Shown: in pieces, positions 9,808-17,940 of the stretch | How positions within the stretch are numbered: position 1 is the stretch's first letter | How the letters are laid out: each line of letters starts with the position of its first letter | Origin: Oligoflexales bacterium | GTDB lineage: Bacteria > Bdellovibrionota_B > Oligoflexia > Oligoflexales > Bog-1112 | Direction of reading: 5' to 3' | Length of the DNA stretch: 37,084 bases | Assembly (NCBI GenBank): GCA_045105515.1 | Contig: JBGCDR010000429.1 | Coordinates: 1 to 37,084, forward strand | The notes under the pieces: generated by a model | The model's input: only the letters and a program-made list of their open reading frames with translations | Told to the model about the DNA's origin: nothing | Databases searched by the model: none | Translations under genes and position numbers: made by a program

Positions 9808-11013
9808 ATGATTCGAGAGTTGCGTTTCATAATAAGCTCGATAATTTTTTCAGTATTATTATCTAAGATAGCCTTTGCCGAAGTTTATATTACCGATTTG
9901 CTATTTAGAGAAAGATTTAGACTTAATACCTATGATACTATTCAGCGCTCACTTTCTAAAGCAATGTATGATGGGACTCAACTGAAGGGTAGTTTCGGTA
10001 AAATTTATAAAATTTATGATCCTTATACTGAGGAAAATGTTCTGATCAAAATCTCCCCCTTGGATGATGCTAAAAATTGGTTGAATTTCTATATGGAATC
10101 ATTAGGACTCAATGAATTAGAACACCCAAACTTGCTCAAAGGTTATGGATCTTACCTAGTAAACCTTGATCCGATAAGTCGAGAGGTTGGAATTGCTCAT
10201 GTTATGGAGTGCCTTGATGCAGATTTGTATCAATCTATCGTCAAGCATGGTCCATTAAAAACATCCGAAATTAAGAAATTCTTAGGTCCCATTGTTTCTG
10301 CTTTAACTTATCTGGCTACAAACCAGCTTGTTCATTTCGATATTAAGCCTGAAAATATCCTTGTCAGGTATAAAAAAGGTTCTGATCAAAGGATTGAAAA
10401 ATTATTTATAGGCGATTTTGGTGGACTTCGAATGTTAACAAACAAGCAATCAACAGTTACACAAAGAGAACATGGTTTAATAATGACTCCAAAATATGCT
10501 CCGAAGGAGGCATTTTTCAAAAATCATCCTCAAACAAGTGAAAAAAGTACTTTGATACCAAAGGAATTGAATGAAAAAGCAGACGTTTGGTCATTGGGCG
10601 CTCTTTTATATGTTTTGAGTCAACATGAACACCTTATTGAGTCAGGTTCATCTCAGCCTCAGATTCAGTTAAGAGATATGAAAAAAAAGTTAGTTAAAAA
10701 ATTTTCTAGGGAGGATGGAGGTTACCTGTGGAGAAAAGAGCAAATAGATCGTTTGGATTATGGTTTATTCTGCCTAATTGATAAAATGTTGAGGTTCAAT
10801 CCAGAAGATCGTATTAGCATGCAGGAAGTTGATGCATCAAATTTTTTTGAAACCGATAAAACTGAAACTGAACAAATGCCAGTTAGTCTTGAAAATTATT
10901 TTAAGGCCTGGCCGGACTTAAATCCCAAAAGCTTTGAACGCCTTCTTCTGAAGTTAGGACAGAAATGGGATCATAGGATAAAATCTAGGGGAGGTAGGTT
11001 AGTAGAATTGTGA
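9808..11013 (+). CDS. exported Hanks-type Ser/Thr protein kinase (alternative start 9799)
   Basis: Signal peptide ending AFA; GSFGKIY, VLIK, alphaC Glu (MESLG), HFDIKPEN, DFG, YAPKE, DVWSLG and PEDRIS kinase subdomains. Confidence 0.9.
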   Translation: MIRELRFIISSIIFSVLLSKIAFAEVYITDLLFRERFRLNTYDTIQRSLSKAMYDGTQLKGSFGKIYKIYDPYTEENVLIKISPLDDAKNWLNFYMESLGLNELEHPNLLKGYGSYLVNLDPISREVGIAHVMECLDADLYQSIVKHGPLKTSEIKKFLGPIVSALTYLATNQLVHFDIKPENILVRYKKGSDQRIEKLFIGDFGGLRMLTNKQSTVTQREHGLIMTPKYAPKEAFFKNHPQTSEKSTLIPKELNEKADVWSLGALLYVLSQHEHLIESGSSQPQIQLRDMKKKLVKKFSREDGGYLWRKEQIDRLDYGLFCLIDKMLRFNPEDRISMQEVDASNFFETDKTETEQMPVSLENYFKAWPDLNPKSFERLLLKLGQKWDHRIKSRGGRLVEL

Positions 11014-11040
11014 AAAAAAGGTACTTATGGAGGGTTTTAA

Positions 11041-11460
11041 ATGTTGCGGATACTTTTTTTGTGTGTGGCAAACTCAGCTAGAAGCCAGATGGCAGAAGGG
11101 ATTGCTAAGCAGCTCTTCAATGATGATAAAAGCACTAAAATTTATAGTGCCGGTACTCAACCAAGTACCATTCATCCGTGTGCTATCGAAGTCCTTAGTG
11201 AAATTGGCATTAATGCACAAGAGCAGCACTCAAAGTCAGTCAACGAATTTATGGAAGTAGAAGTCGACTGGGTTATAACCCTTTGTCAGGAAGAATCTTG
11301 TCCAGTTCTTCAAGGGCCGGCAAAGAAGCTCCACTGGCCTATGCCTGACCCTGTGGAACCTGATAGCAGCATTGAACAGATACAGCTTAATTTTAGACAG
11401 GTCAGAGACATGATTAAAATTAAACTAGAGCAATTTAAATCAGAATTATCTGTTGATTGA
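11041..11460 (+). CDS. arsC: thioredoxin-type arsenate reductase / LMW-PTP fold protein
   Basis: CVANSARSQMAE P-loop, SAGT, second Cys pair LCQEESCP, HWPMPDP; GGAGG RBS. Confidence 0.88.
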   Translation: MLRILFLCVANSARSQMAEGIAKQLFNDDKSTKIYSAGTQPSTIHPCAIEVLSEIGINAQEQHSKSVNEFMEVEVDWVITLCQEESCPVLQGPAKKLHWPMPDPVEPDSSIEQIQLNFRQVRDMIKIKLEQFKSELSVD

Positions 11461-11716
11461 TAGCTGATTCACTCATCTGGATGAAATTTATTCACAATAA
11501 AAATTAGTTAAACTCTTATCATATTCTATTTTTTGTCAAATATTAGGATTTTTAAAATACCATTTATTCACTAGCTTTGTGCCTAATGGTATTGATATAA
11601 ACTATTGGTCAAGCTACATTGGAACTTATTTTTTTATAGTCTAAATTTTTCTGGCTTGAAGGAATACATATTCGCATACAAAATATAAACCATAAATCCC
11701 TTTTAAGGAGAGTAGC

Positions 11717-12523
11717 ATGCGAAATATTTTGTTTCATGGCCTTTTATTGTTTCTTTTTTCACTATATGGGAATGCCGATCTCACGTTTGCTCAGTTGCGA
11801 GATTTCCCTTGGTGTGTAGCTCATCGTGGCTATTCATATCTCGAAAACTCGATTGCAGCAGTTGAGGCTGCAATTCAGGCAGGAGCTGACGCTATTGAAC
11901 TCGATGTTAGGCATAGCAATGATGGTCATGCCTTGGTGCATCATGATTCCCGCTTAAAACGCACTTCGAAAAATAGGAAAGGAAAATCATGTAGGCTTCA
12001 TACGCCTATCAGTTCACAAGAATTTGCCACGATAAGAGATAACTGTGTCCTCAAGAATGATGAAGAATTGCCTAGCCTGGAAGCGATGCTAGGATACTTT
12101 GTTGGTTTAGATCAAGTGCTAATAATTGAATTCAAGGATTCTCCGTCTAAGGAAACTTTGGATACTATGAGGAAATTTCAAGATAAATCCATAAATCTTG
12201 TGGCAGTGAGCTTTGAGCAAAAAATTTTGGATACCCTTGCTAGATTAGACTTAGTATTTCAGGAACCGATTAAATTAATATGGTTGACACCAATTCCTGT
12301 CTATTTACCACAACGCTTCGATGGAATTGGGCCCTATATTATCTCTGACGGAATGATTGCTCACCTTCGGCAAAATCAGAAATTTATTGATATTTGGACT
12401 GTAGATAGACCTAGAAAGATGAAATCCCTATTTTCAAAGGGAGTTCATATGATTACAACCAATCGAATTGAAACCTGTCTGAATGTCAAAAGTCGAATCA
12501 AACCTAGCTCAAGAAAATCTTAG
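11717..12523 (+). CDS. exported glycerophosphodiester phosphodiesterase
   Basis: Signal peptide; AHRG, ENS, IELDV, VHHD, IEFK, WTVD and ITTN motifs; AAGGAG RBS. Confidence 0.9.
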   Translation: MRNILFHGLLLFLFSLYGNADLTFAQLRDFPWCVAHRGYSYLENSIAAVEAAIQAGADAIELDVRHSNDGHALVHHDSRLKRTSKNRKGKSCRLHTPISSQEFATIRDNCVLKNDEELPSLEAMLGYFVGLDQVLIIEFKDSPSKETLDTMRKFQDKSINLVAVSFEQKILDTLARLDLVFQEPIKLIWLTPIPVYLPQRFDGIGPYIISDGMIAHLRQNQKFIDIWTVDRPRKMKSLFSKGVHMITTNRIETCLNVKSRIKPSSRKS

Positions 12524-12538
12524 AAAGCTTTTCTTGAG
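12508..12538 (+). terminator. inverted repeat at the GDPD 3' end, possible terminator
   Basis: CTCAAGAAAA (12508-12517) pairs with TTTTCTTGAG (12529-12538) across the stop codon; no clear U-tail. Confidence 0.35.
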
Positions 12539-12603
12539 ATTCAAGCCTAAATGTATATGTATAAAATTATTATTAATAATAATAGTATATTAGGCAGAAA
12601 TAC

Positions 12604-12631
12604 TAAATTAAAGTCCCTTATATACCGATAA
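12604..12631 (+). promoter_or_regulatory. sigma28 (FliA)-like promoter
   Basis: TAAA-N16-ACCGATAA, 36 nt upstream of the 12668 ATG; consensus is TAAA-N15-GCCGATAA. Confidence 0.55.
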
Positions 12632-12667
12632 CTACTTGGGTATAATCAGACAATCTAGGGTTGAGGT

Positions 12668-13114
12668 ATGCTTAGGCACTCATTATTGAGGAAAATTATT
12701 TTCATGCAACTGGCTGCTTTTGTCACTGCACCAGTGATGAGCATCGTAGCCTTTGAATCTTCTTCAACCGCATACGCACAAAGTCCTAAGTCAAAAGCTG
12801 CAGAGATGAAAAAGAAAAAAAAGCGACGAAAGCTTGTCCGTAAAAAAGGGAATAAATTCTTAAAAAAGATGAGGTCGAAGTCTGCGAGTCTCAGAGCATC
12901 ACTAAAAAAATTTGCAGGTGGTTGGTGGATTGAAACCCTTGCTAGCCTCGTTCTCTTATTTTTAGCTTCATGGTTTTTACGACTACGTAGGACCGAAAGG
13001 TTTGACACACTACCAGCAAAGCGTGGGTTTAGGGTTCCTAGTTATTTTCCTCGTTCCACGAAGAAGGTGGACGGTGGGAAGGAAGAAAGCCTTCATGTTT
13101 GGACAGATCACTAA
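12668..13114 (+). CDS. exported or membrane-anchored Lys/Arg-rich hypothetical protein
   Basis: GAGGT RBS, signal-like N-terminus ending AYA, KKKKKRRKLVRKK tract, one TM helix (WWIETLASLVLLFLASWFL). Confidence 0.65.
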   Translation: MLRHSLLRKIIFMQLAAFVTAPVMSIVAFESSSTAYAQSPKSKAAEMKKKKKRRKLVRKKGNKFLKKMRSKSASLRASLKKFAGGWWIETLASLVLLFLASWFLRLRRTERFDTLPAKRGFRVPSYFPRSTKKVDGGKEESLHVWTDH

Positions 13115-13158
13115 GGCAAGTAAAATAGAGTTATTATGTTTAATGACGCTTTCATTAT

Positions 13159-14085
13159 TCATTTCACTTGATAGGATGGTAGCTTTTCTCGCTCGGTCAT
13201 GTGCTTCATCCAAGCCCATAATTTGCTGACCTCATCTCTAGTAATATCTTTTTGATGAGGCATACGAATTCCAAGTTTAAAAATGTTCTCTTTTTTGTTT
13301 TTTATATGATTTTTAAGTGTATCAATCGTCCTTTTCTTATGAATAGGAATTGGTCCAGCAAAATCCCATCCATATCTGGATCCAATGTTTTTAATTCCGT
13401 GGCAATATTGACATCGACTAATAAAGACTTTGAATCCTCCCATCAATTTTGAATCTCCAGGAGTAAACTGTTTAAAGTATGCTTTAGCATTCACAAGTTC
13501 TAAACCTGTAAGGGTATCCATATGCTTCCATGGACTAAAGCCAGATTTACCGCCCATAGGATGCATTGGATACCACTCAGTCTTCACCACAAGCTTATTT
13601 TTCGAAAAAATGATAGGAAGCGGATCATTATAGCGAGGGTCAAAGCGCTCGACTTTGGGGAATTTATGTTGCCAATTTTTATTAGCGAAGTAAGAGAAGG
13701 CTATCAATGGCTTGACTGCTTTAGTAATCTGATGTGCTTGATAAAAATATGGAATTATCATCCCATTTTCGAAGTGAAGCAGGATTAAATCGTGATAGGT
13801 CTTCAAAGGTAATCTTGATATCAAAATATTGAGGTAAACTCCTTTGAATTTGAGCTTTTTATTGTATTGAATGTCATGAATTGTTGCGATGCTAAGATCA
13901 TCCTCTTTTATCGACAGTTTTTTCTTGCTGACACCTATAGGGTTCACCACGTCTGTATAATTTGCTTGGGGTCGATCCCAATATTCTATGAAGTATTTTT
14001 CCTTAGCAAATGAAGGTAGAGAAAAACAGCTATAGAAAAATATAACACATGCTGCAGATTGCTGAATTGTGGATTTAAAAGTCAT
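13159..14085 (-). CDS. exported protein with C-terminal c-type cytochrome domain
   Basis: Signal peptide ending SFA, CQYCH heme motif, distal RMP methionine; the N-terminal FKGVYL segment recalls molybdopterin-oxidoreductase-like folds. Confidence 0.75.
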   Translation of the reverse strand: MTFKSTIQQSAACVIFFYSCFSLPSFAKEKYFIEYWDRPQANYTDVVNPIGVSKKKLSIKEDDLSIATIHDIQYNKKLKFKGVYLNILISRLPLKTYHDLILLHFENGMIIPYFYQAHQITKAVKPLIAFSYFANKNWQHKFPKVERFDPRYNDPLPIIFSKNKLVVKTEWYPMHPMGGKSGFSPWKHMDTLTGLELVNAKAYFKQFTPGDSKLMGGFKVFISRCQYCHGIKNIGSRYGWDFAGPIPIHKKRTIDTLKNHIKNKKENIFKLGIRMPHQKDITRDEVSKLWAWMKHMTEREKLPSYQVK

Positions 14086-14172
14086 TGAGATGTCCTGCTT
14101 GGTAGAAGTTTGATCTTTAGTTCTTATTTTAGACGATAAGAAGCGATGAATCCAAGGCTATGCTATTCGCAT

Positions 14173-16278
14173 TTATAGTTCTATATTTTGAATAGAGGAT
14201 CTGATCGATTTACTCCATTTACCTGATAGTCTGGTAAATGCAGCGGGTTGTCCGAGAGGTGCTGGTATTTTGTGCCACTTGGGGCCCTCAAAAATTTCAT
14301 CGCTCCAGATGCTTTGCCAGTAGCCATTTGGGAAATATCCGTCCAGCTCAGAAATCCCTTCCTGAGTAGCAGGGCAAATCAAGAGGTCTTCACCAAGCAG
14401 AAATTCTTGCGTAAGCTTGAAAGTTGTAGGGTCTTGGGGATAATGGAGAAATAGATGCCTAACAACCGGGTATCCAAGTTCTGCAGCTTCAGTCTCCAAA
14501 TACTTAAAGTAAGGTTCGAGGGCATAGTGAAGTCGAGAAATAGCGGCGAACTTTCTTTGAGTGTCCAGATCTGAATAAAATTGATGATTGTCATCAGGTC
14601 TATTACCTTCGTGGGTTCTAAAAAAAGGAGTAAAAGCTGCCATTTCAGCCCATCTCAGAAATACTCCTTTTTGGCGTTTGACGCTGGAAGTTGTGGTATA
14701 GCCACCTATATCGCTGTGATTTAGGCTGATCCCACTGATTCCACTCGCAAGAATTCCAGTGATAGCTGAGCTCAGACCATCGTGTTTATCAAATGTGACA
14801 AGCTGGTCTCCGGTCCAAAACATGGGAGAATATTTGGCTGAGCCAGTGAACCCAGCCCTGGTAAAGAATACGATTTTTTCTTCTTTCCCAGCTTCTTTGA
14901 TGGCTTCAGCGTTAATTCTAGCCCAATCTACAGAATATTGATTGTGGTAAATTGCTGGGTCTATGCCAGAATGGAGGACTGCATCATAAGGGAGGTACTC
15001 GCCAAAATCTGCCATCCAACCGGCTAGTCCCATATCGATCATGTTTTTTATGATAATATTTTTAATCCAATGTTCGGTCTGGGGGTTGGTGAGATCTAGT
15101 AAGTACATTGGGGTACCAACAGAGTGAAGTTTGTAATCTTCACCTTTTTGGTTTTTTACAAGCAGATTCATTTGTTTGGCTTCTTCATATTGAGCACCAT
15201 CATCTGCGAGAAAAGTATTAATATAGCCGAGAACTTCTACCTTTTTCTGTTTCATTCCCTTGACAAAATTTCGAAAATTGGGATAGAGGCTTTCATCTGC
15301 TTCCCATCTCCACCATAATCTAGAACCAAATGATGTTTGACGTTTCCCCACCCAATCCTGTATCCAAATAGCTCCTACTGGATTACCAGCTCCGATAGCT
15401 TCATCTGTTATGGACTCTACCTTTTTTCTTCCTCCCTGTAAGCCAAGAATGCTTCGATGTGCCCAAGATGGCAATGGTTTTTGTCTACCAAGGCGATAGC
15501 TATGCTTCTCGATAATTTCTAAAGGGGAATCCCCTCGAGTAAAAACAGCAGTGGATTCTTGGTCCCAAATATCAATTATGCATGCACCCTCCTGCCTTAA
15601 ATCAAAACAAGAATAAGAGGTGTTTTCTAAATACATGCCACGCTGTTTATTGCTGATATAAACGGGAATGGGAGCATAAGTATTGTAGTAAGAACCGCGT
15701 GTAGGAATATCTCCTGTATCCACAGAAGATCCTCTTCCTACTCCAGACTCTTCAACTTTAATAGGAATAATTTTTCCTTTTAAATTTGCATAGCTAAGCT
15801 GCGCACCGAAACCAAATAATTGCTCATCTTTACCGATTGAGTAGCGCAAAGAAATTCTTTGAAATTGAGCAGATTTTAAACTTATTTTGATATTCACTTG
15901 ATCTGCATCAGCCCTAACAATAAGTGCATAGGAAACCGAAGATTTATTGGCGCAGCTTAAATGACCTTTGATGGTTAATGTGGCTCCATCAATAATAAGT
16001 GAATCTATACTTTGATCAGGATTCCACTGCTCGACTTGTTCACGCATTTGTAACATTGCCTCATCATATTCAACCTGATGAATAGCTAAGCGGGTTGATA
16101 GGAAAGCTTGATTCAATAAAAATATCACATACTCTTGTTCGGTGTTTTGGGGTTTGTATAATGTAAATTTTTTGCTGTCAATGGAAAAGGAAACATCTTT
16201 ATTTAGTGAGCCAGATTCAGCTGGAATATTTGAAACTAATTTTCCAAATCTTACATTCGTAGTTTGAATAATGCTCAT
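14173..16278 (-). CDS. yihQ: GH31 glycosidase, sulfoquinovosidase (YihQ)-type (start 16278, or TTG 16347)
   Basis: LGLQGG, WIQDWVGKRQTSFGSRLWW, WMADFGEYLP (nucleophile), WTGDQ (acid/base), HSDIGGY and RTHEGN motifs. Confidence 0.85.
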   Translation of the reverse strand: MSIIQTTNVRFGKLVSNIPAESGSLNKDVSFSIDSKKFTLYKPQNTEQEYVIFLLNQAFLSTRLAIHQVEYDEAMLQMREQVEQWNPDQSIDSLIIDGATLTIKGHLSCANKSSVSYALIVRADADQVNIKISLKSAQFQRISLRYSIGKDEQLFGFGAQLSYANLKGKIIPIKVEESGVGRGSSVDTGDIPTRGSYYNTYAPIPVYISNKQRGMYLENTSYSCFDLRQEGACIIDIWDQESTAVFTRGDSPLEIIEKHSYRLGRQKPLPSWAHRSILGLQGGRKKVESITDEAIGAGNPVGAIWIQDWVGKRQTSFGSRLWWRWEADESLYPNFRNFVKGMKQKKVEVLGYINTFLADDGAQYEEAKQMNLLVKNQKGEDYKLHSVGTPMYLLDLTNPQTEHWIKNIIIKNMIDMGLAGWMADFGEYLPYDAVLHSGIDPAIYHNQYSVDWARINAEAIKEAGKEEKIVFFTRAGFTGSAKYSPMFWTGDQLVTFDKHDGLSSAITGILASGISGISLNHSDIGGYTTTSSVKRQKGVFLRWAEMAAFTPFFRTHEGNRPDDNHQFYSDLDTQRKFAAISRLHYALEPYFKYLETEAAELGYPVVRHLFLHYPQDPTTFKLTQEFLLGEDLLICPATQEGISELDGYFPNGYWQSIWSDEIFEGPKWHKIPAPLGQPAAFTRLSGKWSKSIRSSIQNIEL

Positions 16279-16407
16279 GTCTTTATTCTCTGTGTTGGTG
16301 GTAGGTTTGTTTTTTAAACCATTAATGGAGTGAGAGTAAAAAATCAAACGTAAAAATTGAAAGCTAATAGCTTTTGATTCCTACTTCAATAAAAATTTAT
16401 TTTGAAA

Positions 16408-16791
16408 CTAGATGTCGTAGGGACTTTGCAGTGAACGATTGCTGAAAGAGCTTTCCCAGTCAAAGTTATCATTGTTAGGATCGATTCTGAAGAAGTAGCT
16501 ATTTAAAATCGGAGTCATAGAATTTTGAAAAATTACGACCGTATATTTTCCTTTTCGTTTATATACGGTGCCAGTATCAATCCATTTAAAACGCCGGTTG
16601 TAGACTAGAACGGAAGATCCTTTTCTTGCCTTGCTACCCTTAGTTTCTAGGACACATACTTTTCCCTGCTTTAGTTTTGGGGGTGTAACACAATGCACTA
16701 ACCTTCCCCAGTGTTTTTCCTTAGCAGAGACACCAGTGAAACTCACAACTAATGCCATTGCAATTAGCAAATTTTTAATTAACAAAATCAT
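16408..16791 (-). CDS. exported basic hypothetical protein (start likely ATG 16791)
   Basis: Signal peptide MILLIKNLLIAMALVVSFTGVSA; small beta-rich body with two Cys. Confidence 0.7.
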   Translation of the reverse strand: MILLIKNLLIAMALVVSFTGVSAKEKHWGRLVHCVTPPKLKQGKVCVLETKGSKARKGSSVLVYNRRFKWIDTGTVYKRKGKYTVVIFQNSMTPILNSYFFRIDPNNDNFDWESSFSNRSLQSPYDI

Positions 16792-16826
16792 AACTATTTC
16801 TGTTTTAATTTTTTTGTACATATAAC

Positions 16827-16854
16827 TTATCGGATGTGAGCTACATAGAGCTTA
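16827..16854 (-). promoter_or_regulatory. sigma28 (FliA)-like promoter
   Basis: Minus strand reads TAAG-N16-TCCGATAA, 35 nt upstream of ATG 16791. Confidence 0.55.
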
Positions 16855-16916
16855 GCAAAGGCTAAAAAACCCTAAATATTAGGTGGCTGCAGTGACTAAA
16901 AAAGCTAAGGATGAGT

Positions 16917-17339
16917 TTAATAGTAGGGTATCAGTAAATTATAGATGTGTTTGGTTTCTACAAAGTTTGCATAGTCGAGAGCAGTAGCATGATTTTTGCG
17001 ATCAGTCAGACCAAAGTTTATATGATCAGAAAAATCCCTTAGTAGGTGTCTCACGACCTTAGTTTTTCGAAGAGAAATAGCAAGCATCAGTGGTGATTTT
17101 CCCGTTTCATCTAATTGGTTAATAAGATGTCTGCTAATATTTAGGATTTCACTGATATTACTTAGGTTTTCAGCTTTGATTTCTTTGCTTAGTTGTAGCA
17201 TAGAAAACCTTGAGTCGGCAGAACTCGCCATACTCCATGATTTTGCTGATTGTATTGAGCTTCCAAGGCATACCGAGGGGCTTCCAATACTCAGGTACCA
17301 AAATATTGTAGCTGTTAATAAATGTGTGCTTGGTTTCAT
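16917..17339 (-). CDS. small ankyrin-repeat protein with signal-peptide-like N-terminus
   Basis: INQLDETGKSPLMLAISLRKTKVVRHLL is a canonical ankyrin repeat; TDRKNHATALDYA starts a second, degenerate one. Confidence 0.8.
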   Translation of the reverse strand: MKPSTHLLTATIFWYLSIGSPSVCLGSSIQSAKSWSMASSADSRFSMLQLSKEIKAENLSNISEILNISRHLINQLDETGKSPLMLAISLRKTKVVRHLLRDFSDHINFGLTDRKNHATALDYANFVETKHIYNLLIPYY

Positions 17340-17537
17340 AGCTCTAAATTCCTCTAAGTTATTTGAGGATAATACAACAACATGTATAAAAAATCAACAA
17401 TATATTTTATTATATTAAATAATACAGTATGATATCTATTATGCAATTTTTGTTCAAATTGAAGGTGAAAAAAGATATACCTATTTAAAACAGGTGTTAT
17501 TTCAAAAAAGGAAAGCAAATATAGGAGTTTATGGGAT

Positions 17538-17936
17538 ATGTTCGGGTATACGACAAAATTTAAGCTATTTGGGAGTTTTTTGGTTTGTTGCAGTCTGATA
17601 GGGCTGGGTTCAGCTGCTTTAGCTGGAGTAGCTCAAACGAGTTTTGTTTGCAAAGGTAGCTTTCATGGTGCCTATTTTGAAGTCCGCGTAAATGATGAAC
17701 TTGATGATCGAATCACTCTTTGGTCTGGAGTGCCTCTGAGAAGGTACTCTTACCAAGTCTTGTCAGAATATTGGGATGCTAATGGTACAGGGCTTCTCAG
17801 TGCAATTGATTGCTTTATTACCTATGAAAACGACCATGGTTGCATTCGAAACGTTGAAATCACAGGAAGCTTTTTGGATCAACTAGAAACTGTGAGTTTT
17901 GATAATTGTGGTGGCTACCATCAGGGGTGTGCTTAA
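17538..17936 (+). CDS. exported Cys-containing hypothetical protein
   Basis: AGGAG RBS, signal peptide ending ALA, five Cys in a small beta-rich mature domain. Confidence 0.7.
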   Translation: MFGYTTKFKLFGSFLVCCSLIGLGSAALAGVAQTSFVCKGSFHGAYFEVRVNDELDDRITLWSGVPLRRYSYQVLSEYWDANGTGLLSAIDCFITYENDHGCIRNVEITGSFLDQLETVSFDNCGGYHQGCA

Positions 17937-17940
17937 CTAC

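Noticed and set aside
9799..11460. kinase plus LMW-PTP as a kinase/phosphatase pair
   Set aside because: The downstream protein has the extra ArsC redox Cys pair and no signal peptide, while the kinase appears exported; adjacency alone is insufficient.
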